DNA of 64,000 bases from Octopus vulgaris (Eukaryota): assembly GCA_951406725.2 (NCBI GenBank), contig OX597819.1, forward strand, positions 16,678,001 through 16,742,000, in the 5' to 3' direction. Both the position numbers and the translations under genes were made by a program. A model generated the notes under the pieces. That model saw nothing but the letters and a program-made list of their open reading frames with translations. It searched no databases and was not told the DNA's origin. Positions 50,801-64,000 of the stretch are shown in pieces (the first letter of the stretch is position 1; each line of letters starts with the position of its first letter).

Positions 50801-53800
50801 ACCAGTTTGGCTACTATTTCTATCATGTTGTGCAATATATAAAGTATACCTCACACTGATAATGGGTAAAGTAAGAACATTATTCAATGATTTTTGAGAG
50901 TGGAAAGGGGTGTGCTGCACAGTTGCTTGCAAGGTCTGCAGTTTTAGTGTTAGTTAGTCACAGGTCAGCTGGGTTGACTCATGGTAAAAAGTATTCTATC
51001 CAGTCTCTCATTTCAGATTTATGCTTCCTTTTTTTTAAGATGGAACAGTGTGAGATGAAAGAGATTTGGCTGCTACTTCTCTCATTGGTTGGAGACACTG
51101 ATGCTCTAGAGAAAATATTCTAATATGTAGGATGTAAAAGATCTGTCAACTTTTACTGGATTCCACCTCAGAGATGTCAGATAATTAAGGAATCTGACAA
51201 TATAGAATATTTCCAACCACTAAAGCATGGAAGAATCAGGAATAAGTGACTAGGTGGAGAAGGGAAAAATTTACACTGTTCATGCTTTGCTCCAGGCCAT
51301 TCATGAAAAAAAAAAAAAAAACAATGTTCAGAATATACAAAAGAAGACATGTGCAATAACATCTTTCTCAAAGGCCCCAGAATAAAAATAAGAACAAAAA
51401 TTAAGTGATATTATTATTATTATGCAATTTCCTGTGCTTTAAAAATCAGTATTCTTTCTGCATAATGACAGCAGGAAATGACACTTTGGAAAATTAAAAT
51501 TAAAAACCCCTTAAATTCTAGGAAATTTTTTCAAAAAATAATTTTAAAATCAAAACTAAACTAAAAGAAAATTTCATTTATTTTGCTTTAATTTTATTCT
51601 GAATTGTTAAAGAAAAATTCCTATCAGTAAATTTCTTCTCAAGTCACTTCCTGTTTCGAGAGAATAAAAAATGAAATCTGTGAAAACTTGCAAGTTTAGC
51701 AAGTTATGTCCCTTTATATTGTGGGGTTGGGGGCTTCTAAAAGTTTTTTAGAGGTGGATTTTGAGGGTTATTGAGAAATTGTTGGTGTTTAGCTTCAAGG
51801 GCTATTTCAGCTATGATTATCATCTATTCTAGAACAATGTGCCCTGGACAACATTATCCAATATGTATTTCTATAAGACAATCTGTATGGTTTGAAGGGA
51901 ATGTAGCAGCTTTTTCTAGCAGACAGATTGACCACATAGAGGTTCCATAAGTTATGGGAATTATCAGAATAAGAACTGAGAATAAAATAAACGAAGATGG
52001 TTTATCTAACCATGTTTTTTATGGTCCAAATTTGATATTTCATGGTTTGACACGAGTCATTTACTGGTGAAAAATTTAACTATATCTATCCCACTCCTTA
52101 AATTTATGGTGTTGTGGCAATATCAAAAAGATCAATTTATAATATAAATAAATGATATATAATACATATAATGTAAAACAAAAAAACCCTAACATAAGTG
52201 AGCCATTAAGTTGCTTCTATAAGGTTGGTCAGTTAGAAATAGCAACATCAGTATGTGATTGATTTAAACACACAGTTGCTTCTAGTATATATATTGTTAA
52301 CATTAGAGCATCGGGTAAAATACTTTGCTGCATTTGTTCCAGTTCTTTACATCAGAGTTCAAATTCTACCAAAGTCAATTTTGTCTTTTATCATTCTGAG
52401 GTCAACATAAACTATCAGTCATGTATCGAGGTCAATTTAACTGACTATTTCCTTCCTCCTAAAATTTTCTGGCCTTATGCCTAGGCAAGCTGGCAGATTT
52501 GTTAGAGTACTAGAAAAATGCCAGGTCTTATTTTTTTCTTGTTCTTTACAGTCTGATTTCAAATCACACCAAGGTCAACTTTGCCTTTCATCCTTTCAGG
52601 GTCAATAAAATAAAGTACCAGTTGTAAACTAAGGTTGATGGTATTAACTCATTCCCTTCCCTCAAAATTGTTAACCTTGTGCCTAAAATCTGAAACAATT
52701 AATAATATTTACTGTCCCTAATGTCTTTGGCCCTTGTGGCCAAACAAAAAAAAAAAAAGAAATTATTAGGCGTTTGTGGTTAAATATATTGACATATTTG
52801 GTACAGTATAGTTAAATATTTTGTCATGATCCATTACATTCTGAGTTCAAGTTCTGCTGACATCAGCTTTACCTTTTGTCCTTGGATTAATAAAATTATT
52901 ACCGGTCAAGTTCATGAATAGATACAATCAACTGTTTCCTCCCCTATTGCATCTTATATAAGAAATTATTGCCATCATTATTATTACTATTATCATTGAT
53001 ATTATTATTAAGGAAGAATTGATTGAGCAGTAGACAAGATTATAAGAGCTATTCAGTTATCCATGTAGGTTCAAATCCTGTTGAGGTTACATATGCCTTT
53101 CATTAATAAAAATAAAATACCAGTCATATACTGAGCATTGATCTCAATTTGTTACAAATTTAGATACTTGTAATACCTTAAGTCTTTCATTATTCCCCTA
53201 GGTGACCTCCACTAGGTCACCCAAGTTCCATGTGCAGTCAGTATACCGCTACATCCCCTTATGCACATTGTGAAACATATAAACCTATTGGTAAAGAAAG
53301 GTGACCTTAAGTTTACAACTGTTTTTTTTTCCATCAGTTACCACCCTGCCCTGTTCATATCTCATCACCCACTCCATCACTCCATTTAACTTATGTGACC
53401 TTAAAGTTCAAATTCTTCTCCACTCTCGCTTCATTCAGACAGTAATCTCTCCTTATATCTATGCCATCATTTCTCATATACTGTACAGCTATGGTGTTGT
53501 AATATTGCCACTGCCATTAGAATTGCTGCTATTACTGGAAATCAAGAAGAGCAGAAGAGATATTTGACTTGCAAAGCATAACAGCCAACACACTCTCAAA
53601 CCAGTCATCTAAAAAATAAAAAATGTTTAGGAATCTGATGTATATTATGCATAAACAAAAGATAGAATAGTTATGGATAAAATGTCTTCAGTCAAGTTGG
53701 TTGGACCAGGGCTCACTTTGGGTCAAATTATAACAAATGCTGCTTCTTGCTCCCTTGTTGAAGAGAAGAGTAGAGGAAGAAAGGAAATAAAACTGTCATA

Positions 53801-56800
53801 GCTATGTTCCCTCAGATGAATTATGTACACAGTTATAACGTTAGTGGCTGAGTATTTCACTGAGTATTTCATAATTTTCAGTCAGAATTAGTGTGACACC
53901 ATAACAAGGTTGTTTATTTGAATTCTAGGTACAGTGTCCACCCAACAGGCTCCCATACAGTTTCCATCTCCCCAGTTTCCCTTATATGGTTTGGGTTGAC
54001 ATGAACTTAAAGAAAATACATTTGCCCATGATGCCTTACAGTCAAACTTGAGACCTAATGATTGTGGAGCAAACTTTTTAACCACTCAGTTATGCCTGTA
54101 CTTATGTACACACACACACACACACATGTACTGACAGTGCACACACATACACAATACACATGCATACACACCTACACATACATAGACTTTTTCTAAGAGT
54201 CATTAAAAACAGATTATCAAAAGTTATCTTGCCTGCAGTCCTGTGAGAAGGACTGGATTATGAGAGATTAACATTTAGGTAGTTGCAGGAGTGGGAGGGG
54301 ATTGTGGTAGTAGGGATGGTGGTATTGGTGGATGTAGCTTTGTGTAGGTGGTAGTAGACGTGATGGTGTTGGTAGTAGTGGTTGTAATGGAATAGCATTG
54401 GGTGGAGGTGGTGTTGGTAGTGATAGTAGTGGTAATACAGAAGAGATGGAGATAATAGCTTAATGTAAGATTAACTCAGATTATTTAGTCAGCAGAGTTA
54501 ATGATAACAACAGAAGCGGGTAAGCTGGAATGGAAAGGTTAAAGAGGTAGTGTAAAGGAAGGGTAGCTACTACCTTCCTTAGCACTTTCAATACATACCT
54601 TAATATTTAATAAAATAAAAATAACAAAACCACTTATGTTAATTGCTCAGAACCTGTAGCTCTAGATATACTATAAAATGGGATAGTGGAACATAGTGGT
54701 CATACATAAGTTTGCTTGATTAGAGTAGAACAAGGGCTAAAGAACTATGTTGTACATCTCCACCATTTGGCAATAAAAATTCAGTTGTTCAATCTACTGA
54801 ATTTAAATCTGAATGGCTGGGCATTCCTCAAATATTTGTCAGACACATTTAATGTTAACATAATTCTCAAGCAAAATCAGTGTGAATTACGGGTACACTT
54901 CACCTAACAGACTTCTATACAGTTCCTGAGGTCAACCTGAGGCTAAAGTGAGTAACATTTACCTAAGATACCATACAGTGGGGGTCAAATATGGGATCTT
55001 GTGGTTGCAAAGGGAACTTCTTAACTATTCAGTCAGATTATGCCTCTGCAACTATGCAACAGTTACAATATTCTTCACTCATCTGAGATAATATGCATGT
55101 ACAAACACTAAGTTTAGACCTCTTAATGAAAGGTCAAATGTATGTATTGTCACAGGTCTGGACCCTTTCAATAAAAAGACAAGGATACAGGGATGACAAC
55201 TGCTTTTCTCTATGAAAAACTTAGAATTAAGTATTTACAAGCTACAAAGATGCTGTCTAATAGAAGCTAGTGAGAAAACTCTACAAGTTGCTTGACTAAC
55301 GAGAAATAATAACCTCGGTTGCCTGAACAGTCTTGAAAAAAGCAATAGATCATGTACTCATGAGAATACTGTCTGACAAAAGTAAAAACTAAACACATAC
55401 ACAAAGAAAGAAAAAAACAGTGGTCAAGGCCAGAACTCCTTTGATGACAGGTTTGTCAGAGCAGGATGTAAGGTTAAATAACACTAATACACATAATATT
55501 ATTCTCACATCAGGAATTAAGCATAACAATGTGTAGAGTTTACACTACAGTGAAATGCAGACATATTAGGCAAAATATTACCTACACCTCTAGAGCAGTA
55601 CACACATAAATACTTGCACAAGTCAAGGAACCTCTATGTGGTTGCTTGTCCTGCTTGAAATCATAGCCAAATTTACCTTACATTGTCCCTTAGTGTCGTT
55701 CTCCTGCTCTGAAAATTTGTGCTTGTTCTAGAGTTAAAACTTGCACAAAGATGGCTGTGTGGTAAGGAGTTCACTTCACATGGTTTCCAGTTGAATCCCA
55801 CTGAGTGATGCCTTGCTCAAGTGCCTTCTACTATAGCCTAAAGTTCAGTGCCTTGAGAGTGAAATTTGACTAAAAGAAACTTTACAGAAACCTGTCGTGT
55901 GTGTGTGTGTGTGTGTGCAAAGACACATAAATACAAGATACACACAAATATAAATACTCATACATTTTATATGTATACTAGACTCCAGGTGATCCAATGG
56001 GTTACAGGTAAAGTCTGAGTTTCCCAGCAACAGAGTGCCCCCCTCCTTTCCAGGTTATTTCGCATGCTTTCATCAAATGTGACATCAAAATCATGCATAA
56101 CGGTTCCTTTCCTCAGAAAAGGAAAGATTTGGCTGTTATTTCTTGTATGCCCTGCTACCATGTACCAGGTATTTCTGGTCCTTTATTGCAAATAGCTGTT
56201 ACATGGTAGCAGGGCATGCTGAAAGTAGCAGCCAAATCTTTGGAGCTGAGATATATTGAATGCACTTGAGAAAACCTATGGAAAATTTTATTTCACATTG
56301 AGGTTACAAATGGGTCTCTTACGAAATATTTATATTTTTAAAGTCATTTTCACTTTAAAATGTGTTTTAAATATGACAAAAATGGTTTTCACTTGAAAAT
56401 AATTAAAAAACCCATTAAAATATTGTCTGTTTAAAGAAAGCTAAAATATACAGTACAAACAACATATTTTTGAAATCACATTCACTTAAGAATATTTCTA
56501 AATGATTGAAATATTGTGTATATCAAAAAGTTGATTTTTTTTCTTAGAGAGATAGAGAGAGAGAGCATGAAGATTATGTGTGTGTGTGTGTATGTCACAG
56601 ATAGTGTATGTGCATTTGTGTTGATTCATATGCCATGACATTCATTATATGTGTGTGTATTCTGTACGTGTGTTGATGTCATGGAAGCCATAATTTCTTT
56701 CATCAAGAAATAAATATAAATTGTGTTTAATCATCTTCATTAATAAATAGAGGTCCAAATATCACAAAATCTCATACTGCACTGCATAGAGTATGAAAAT

Positions 56801-57089
56801 ATATATGCAATTCAGATTAAGATAAAATATACTATTTCTGAGATATTTTGAAAACAAACATCTTCTAGAGTTTTAGTATTATTAAGATATATATAAATAA
56901 CTACCCGACAGCTCCACTTCACTAAAGAAATGAGTGGAAATCTAACCGTTGAGTGTTAGATAATAAGACATTAAGACAATATGACTCTCCAAGACACATA
57001 ATTTGCTTCAACACATGAGTTCACATAAATAATCTTGCAAACCAGATACAAAGACGAAATTTTTTCTATAAGAAGGTAGAAACTCAGTA

Positions 57090-58431
57090 AGAGGTAGAAA
57101 CTCTATAAGATTTACCCAGTGTAAGCTATGGACACATAAGAGGTGCAGCAATATCAAAGGAAGGCTAACTAGGAAGATAGTTTTTGTATGTGGCAGATGC
57201 TCAGGAGCAATAAACACTGAAAATGCGCAGAGAACAACTTCCGCCACATTCCAGGGAGAAAAACTAGAAGTAGTTGATAGCTTCCATTACCTAGGTGACC
57301 AAGACAGTAGCGGGGGTGGGTGCTCTGAAAGTGTAGCTGTTAGAATAAGAATAGCCTGGGCAAAGTTCAGGGAGCTCCTACCTCTGCTCCCTGAAAGGGC
57401 CACTTGCTCAGAGTAAAAGGTAGACTGTATGATGCATGTGTACGAACAGTCATGCTATATGGCAGTAAAACATGGGCTGTGACTGCTGAGGACATGCGTA
57501 AGCTTGCAAGGAACATGGCCAATATGCTCCGCTGGATGTGTAATGTCAGTGTGCATACTCGACAGAGAGTAAGTGCCTTGAGAGAGAAGTTGGACCTAAG
57601 AAGCATCATATGTGGGGTGCAAGAGAGACGACTGCACTGGTATGGTCAAGTGGTGCAAATGGATGAGGATAGCTGTGTGAAAAAGTGTCACACCCTAGCA
57701 GTTGAGGGAAACTGTAAAAGTGGTAGACCCAGGAAGACCTGGGATGAGGTTGTGAAGCACGACTTTCGAATATTAGGCCTCACTGAGGCAATGACTAGTG
57801 ATTGAGACCTTTGGAAATATTCTGTGCTTGAGAAAACCTGGCAAGCCAAGTGAGACCATAGCCTGTGGCCTATGCCAGTGGTTTAACCAGTCCACTTAGG
57901 CATACCTTTCTTTCATTGGACACTGAACTCTGCTTGCGAAGACCTGCTGAGGCAAGTGAAATCAAAATCAAATTCGATGACAGCACCGCATGACTGGCAT
58001 CCGTGCTAGTGAAGCGCAAAGAGCACTATCTGAGTGTGATCGTTGCCATGGCTACTGACTGGCCTTCATGCCGGTGGCACATAAAAAGCATCATTCGAGT
58101 GTGATCGTTACCAGCGTCATCTTACTGGTACTTGTGCCGGTGGTATTTGAAAAACATACGAGTGAGGGCGTTGGCAGTAGCGCTGGACTGGCTTCTGTGC
58201 AGGTGACACATGAAAACACCATTTGAGCGTGGCTGTTGCCAGTACTGCCTGACTGGCCCTCGTGCCGGTGGTACATAAAACTTGGAGTGGTTGGCATTAG
58301 GAAGAGCATCCAGCCGTAGAAACTCTGCCAGATCAGATTGGAGCCTGGTGCAGCCATCTGGCTCACCAGTCCCCAGTCAAACCGTCCAACCCATGCCAGC
58401 ATGGAAAGCGAACGTTAAATGATGATGATGA
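57090..58431 (+). mobile_element. 5'-truncated RTE-clade LINE (PHD-like Cys/His motif, post-RT domain, 3' UTR, (ATG)n tail)
   Basis: CKLWTHKRC...CGRC, EVVDSFHYLGD, RIRIAWAKFREL, RTVMLYGSKTW, RRLHWYGQV, GRPRKTW; the 3' end is the ccatgccagcatggaaa..cgttaaatgatgatg motif seen throughout the window. Confidence 0.9.
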
Positions 58432-58519
58432 TATGTGTTTGTATCTTTGTTTTGATGCTAATTCAGCAGTAACATTGTTTATGATACCAAAAAATAAAAC
58501 ATCTGACAATGGTTTGATA

Positions 58520-59130
58520 TGGAATAAGGTACTATTACTTGAAAAATAATGAGGTGGAAGATGAAGAATTTGCTTACCTTGGGCTGATAGTCAAAAAAAG
58601 ATAAAGGGGGAATGGAGGGTATAAAGAACAAAGCCTAGAGAGCATTCTACAATCTGATAGAGTTGTGGAGAAGCAAAAGTATAACTGTTCAGCACAGTTT
58701 GATCAGTATTAGTCCATGAATGTGAAAACTGAAAATTGACAAAAATGGAAGAAAAAACAATGGACAGCTTCCAATTCACATACTTAAGGAGAATACTTGA
58801 AATCAGGTGACTGTAAGGAGTCCAAAATGACAATTGAGATGACAATGGGCATCAACAGAATCAGTGATGAAATAAGACACAGAAGCTGGAACTGGATTGG
58901 ACATGTCCTCACACAAGAGTGAGAAAATGATTTTATGGTAGCATTAAATTGGAAGTCCGAAAGGAAAAGAGTAGTGAGGTACCCTTAAACCACATGGTGG
59001 AGGACCATTGACAAGGAAAGGAGACGAGAAGGGTGGAAGAGTTGGAATGAGACCAGAACATTGGCAGAAAACCGAGCTGATTGGAGAGATCATGTTGCAG
59101 CCTTATGTGCCTCATGGCACAGAGAGAACT
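58520..59130 (+). mobile_element. Degenerate RTE-type LINE 3' fragment (different family)
   Basis: Broken frames read EEFAYLG, YLRRIL, WNWIGHVL, ALNW, TWWRTIDKE, NRADWRDHVAALCA. Confidence 0.7.
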
Positions 59131-59534
59131 AATTTGAAAAACAAGGATTTCTATCCTTGCTTTTCAAATTAGTTCTGTGCCAAGAGGTACCTGGCTATAG
59201 GATACTGTCTCAATAAGTTGTATCCAATCCATTTTTACAAGAATAAAAATAAGTATGGAAAGATCCTCTCTTCTTGGTAGAGGAAGTAGTGATAATTGTT
59301 GGTTCTGTGGGCAGAAGAACCAGAGTTGTGTGAGATGTGTGTGTAGAATAAAGAATTTGTCACTTTAACTATATAGCCATTTGTACATGTCCTCCAGTGA
59401 AAGAGCACATGCATGATCTACTTCACCAGTTAGGAATAGTTGTAAATTCACTTTCAGTTTAAAGCCTGCTGTCTTAGAATTTTACAGACATTTATGGACA
59501 GATGGACCAGTCCAATGTGTAAGCATTGCATAAG

Positions 59535-59826
59535 ACTGGGTTCTCAACTAGTTTTTTACTTATGGACTCCGCCATAACCATTTGATGTTTAAAAACTAGT
59601 TTTATAGGAACTTCTTTCATAATTCCTACTTTGCTTTTCACACACTGCCTTGTGAAGGTTGAACTATGTAAATTCTTAGAGAAAGAAACCTAGCTATTTC
59701 TTGCAATACATAAATCTAAAGAAAAATTCTTCAGGAGTCTTGGAAATACTATAGTGACTCCCCAATTTACTATTTTATTGTGTGGGTCCCCCAAAATCTT
59801 ATATGGCCCCTGGTTGAGAACTACTG
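59535..59826. mobile_element. Old hAT-Charlie-like MITE
   Basis: Ends resemble GGTTCTCAAC ... GGTTGAGAACTACTG; TSD not recognisable. Confidence 0.4.
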
Positions 59827-62800
59827 CTCTAGAAGAGACTAGCCCCAATATATCCATTGCACTAGATAGACCGACTGTATAAACTATGTAAACATTGTTC
59901 TAGACACATCAGTCCATTACATACACATTATTCAGACATTGCTCTCAATCAGTGTTACTCGTTTTCTGTATTTTATCAGTTTAGCATCTTCATTTTCCCA
60001 CCCCCATATAAGAAAAAGTAGCATGTGTACAGCACAATTTATTACATTAATCTTACATTAATTGAACATTAACATTCTTAAAGTCAACATTAAAGAAAAT
60101 AAATCTAGCAAAACCAGTGTAAATAACAAACGATTTTTCAATTAAAAACATTTTCCAAAATGGAATTCCCAAATTTCACCCTGTTATTCTGAAATTTATA
60201 CCTTCTACCTTGTTAAGAATGACAGCTCTAGATGGACCAATCTGCTCTAAAATGAACTAGGTAATGAGAGAGAGAGAGAGAGAGAGATCCTCCACATTTT
60301 GGACTTATTTTTTCTGATATGGGCAAAAAGGAAATGAAGGTACATTGTGTTTGTGTGTGTGTGTGCAAATAGTTTTTTTTAGTCTTGTATGCAAATATGT
60401 AGTAAATATGCTATAAAATCAAATTCCTCTTGAAAAAAGAAAAAAAGGACTGTGAAATGGTGTCATAATTCCTAGCTAATTGGTCACTTTGGGGGTTGTG
60501 TGTATGTGTTGAGGTCTATGTGTTGTTTTGTGGTTTATTTATAGAGACTGACCTTGGCTAGCATTTTCAAGAACCTCAGGCTGAGATTTACAACATTGGC
60601 ATCACTGACTGGTAGTGGAATAACTAGTCATTAACACACACAGACACACACACAGTACAGAGACATGTGTATATAGTACTTACATATACAGAGTACAGGC
60701 ACAAATACATACAGCTGTGCTCTTACGTATTGTGCCTACATTTTCTCAATTAAGTATTTATAAAGAATATATATATATATATATACAGCTAAAGAACTTT
60801 ACACATCCAGCACTAACATACATAGATGAACACATGCACATGACACAGCTATCTGTCAAAATAGGAGATATGTCTTTTTTTGTTCCAACTGGAGGGCTGT
60901 CTCCAATGTGAAGCAGTTTTTTAATGCATGTACACTATATTAATACACACAACTAGATAATAATGGAACATAAACATGAGATTTTACACACGTGCAAAGC
61001 ATCTGTGCATGTATATGCTTACTTGTATATGCATGTATGTACACATGGACAATTTTTCCTCCTTGGCAGAGTTCACCACATATCACGTGAATGGCTTCAT
61101 ATAAACAGATATAAACAGGAGTTGGGGTGTATCTGAAGTATGCTAGTTGTATTTATGGAGAAATTATATACACACCACACACACATGGACATATTATACA
61201 TACATATAAGAGAGAATAGTTATGTTAAGTAGAGGTTAACAGTAGAGTAGTGGTATGAGTGATGTAAGAAAATGGATTCTGGCATTATACAACATGAAGA
61301 CTTCACATAATTATATACAGTTCTGACCAATTATTTCTACAAAGGTTATTTGCTCTTCTTACTACCACTACTGCCACAACTTGTTTCACAAGTGTTGTAT
61401 GTCAGAAATTTATAACATTATAAGGAGGCAAAATCCAGAATTGTCATGATAACATATCTCTCTAAGAAATAGAAAATTATTCAAACATTAAGATATGGAA
61501 ATAATGATAACTTGAATGTCATTACAGACTGAAAATAGAAACAATCCTTTCATAACAATGAGTCCTAAGAATGATTAAAATACAAATGCATAACCAAAAT
61601 CAGAGGACTTATGAATATGGGTGTCATACAGAAAATAGCACTATTGGGCATTGAAGACATTATTTGCAGGACTTTCAATACAATAAAAAATATAAAACTA
61701 TAAACAAAACACTGCACAAGTCGGCCCAAGGCCCAGAGAGCTGTGCTTAGCTGTACAGTGATAGCAATATCAAATAGAACTACTGCATAATAGTTTCTAA
61801 CCAAGGCACAAGGCCAGAAATTTGTGAAGAGAGCAGTTAGTTAAAATGACCCCAGTACTTTGTTATTTACTCCAGAAGGATGAAAGGCAAAGCTAACTTC
61901 AATAGTATTTGAACTCATTGTAAAAGAACTAGAATACATACATATATTCAACAAGGAATATTGACTGATGCTAATGTATCAGCTAATCCATAGTTTTTAA
62001 TAATAATGATTTCAAATTTTGACACCAGACCTGCAATTTTGGAGGAGGAGGGAATAAGTCAATTACACTAATACCAGTGCTTCACTGGCACTTATTTTAT
62101 TGAAACTGAAAGGATGAAAAGTAAAGTTGACCTTGGCAGAATTTGAACTCAGAATGTGAAAATGGGCGAAATGTCACTAAGCATCTTGTCCAACGTGCTA
62201 ATGATTCTGTCAGTTTGCTGCCTTAATAATAATAATAATAATAATAATAACGATGATGATGATAATAGTTTAAAATTTTTCCACAACAGCAGCAATTTTT
62301 GGGAGGTGATGAGTCAATTATATCGATCCCAGTGTTCAACTGGTACTTATTTTATCAACCCCAAAAGGATGAAAGGCATAATTGACCTCAGTAGAATAAT
62401 AATAATAATAATGACGCCTTTAATTTTGACATAAAGCCAATAATTTTTTTTTTTGTGGAGAGTACTTTTATCAACCACAGAGAGATGAAAGGCAAAGCTG
62501 ATTTTAGCAGGATTTGGACACAATGAATAAAGGACTAGAACAAACAAATTATTTTCTCTGGTATTCTAACAATTATAGTCTACCACTATTTGTAAGATAT
62601 GTTAGTCTTGATCAACCTTAGTGTTTGGTTGGGACTTTATTCAGTTGATTATGGAAGTTTGAAGATGTAGTTGATCTTTGGGATTTGTGCTCAGAACAAG
62701 AGGAACTTAATGCAGAAAGATGTATTATTTGATGCTCTACTAGTTCTGTTATGCAATTGTCCAATAGATAATTTAAAAAAAATTTTGGCTCAAGGCCATA

Positions 62801-62945
62801 TAGTTTGTAAGGGTAGGTGGTTAGAATGTTGTGAATTTAATTAACTCCAGTACTTGGCTAGTATTTATGTTATGAATTCTAGAGGGATGAAATGCAAAGC
62901 TGACTGACAAAATAAGAACTTAGAATGATACTATAATGATTAAAA

Positions 62946-62991
<46 letters not shown>

Positions 62992-64000
62992 ATATAACAT
63001 TTGAGTAATTCTAAATATACATTATCAGGTTTGTCTGTTGGTATATTTAAAATTCAGTTGTTTAGATGTCCATCAGTCTTGATCCAGCTGATTTATGATC
63101 AAAGATGCTTCACTAACCATTTCATCTTTTACTAAAAGTCTATTCAGGGTATCATTCATTAGTCAATATATTCCTCTTCTTTTACTAAAGACAGTAGGAT
63201 ATAATTTAATGGCAATCTCTGCTCTAAACAACCAGCCAAATAAACGGGACACTAGTTTTTCAATAGTTAGCATTAAAAAAAGTGATTTAAAAAGAGGGGC
63301 TGCAGTGGGTATCAAGTCAGGTGTATGAACGATCCAGTGCATGTACCAGATTGTCATTTTCAGTATTAGCAGATTTGGTTTCAAATGTCATCGAATGGTA
63401 ACAAGAGCCAACAGAAACATAAGATCTTCAAATAAAATCAGATTTTGTAATGCAATTGAACATTCTTTTATTTAAGAGGATGCATACGATGTGTGCATGT
63501 ACACGTGTGTGCACACATGCGTACACATGACAGGCTTCTGTAAAGTTTCTGGTAACCAAATTCTATAAATAGATTTGTTCAACCTGATACTCTTGTAAAA
63601 GGCATTTGTCCAAGTTGCCATGCAGTAGGATTGAACTCAGAACCATACAGCCATGCCTCCCGTGCTCCTACATATACATAAGTTTATATACATATATACT
63701 TATACCCAATAAGTAGGACTTGAGATAAATTGTTATCAATAAGGAAGTAAATATTAACTCTCGAGAACTAATCTAAAACTAATGGTGAAATTCTTATCGT
63801 TGGCGGATTGCCTTACCTAGGTGTCAGGTGATGCCTGTGAGGGTGCTTGGCTTTTCCAGTGCCTTAGCCTCACCATCATCTGTGGTAATGCTGTGAGCAT
63901 GCTAGCTTGCTTCACTAGGTTCCTTTGGTGCTGCGTTGTTGTTTTTTTCTATTTATTTTTCTTTTGTAAAAGCCTGTTCATATTTTGAATAAAGCTAGCA

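Noticed and set aside
58572-58620. Apparent 6-nt microexon or linker end: pyrimidine tract, cag|CCCAAG|gtaagc, reading QPK like the Musashi linker 'AQPK'
   Set aside because: It is the antisense of the LINE's conserved FAYLG codons, and the upstream sequence does not encode IDPKVAFPRR. Treated as coincidence, although cryptic use cannot be excluded.

Overview
AT-rich, microsatellite- and transposon-dense animal genomic DNA. The SINE/LINE repertoire looks cephalopod (Octopus-like), which is an inference. The window appears to lie almost entirely inside one very large minus-strand Musashi-family (MSI1/2, Rbp6-like) gene. Only the 93-bp exon that starts RRM2 (2551-2643) is clearly canonical. I did not find the upstream RRM1/linker exon by eye, which implies an intron of more than 61 kb. 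That intron contains: (i) two proline-rich candidate alternative N-terminal coding exons (13600-14388 and 23757-23948), both ending in phase-0 donors that would join RRM2 in frame and give RRM1-less isoforms; (ii) candidate recursive-splicing 'ratchet' sites (YnAG|GTGAGT) at 25440 and 44620, about 19 kb apart; (iii) a Penelope-like GIY-YIG retroelement carrying a minimal hammerhead ribozyme on the transcribed strand; (iv) several long inverted repeats that would form intronic dsRNA. It also holds a full-length mariner, Merlin-like, piggyBac-like and hAT-like MITEs, Helitrons, RTE LINEs, tRNA-derived SINEs and a CpG-decayed 5S rRNA pseudogene. Most short ORFs in the track are microsatellite or repeat artefacts.
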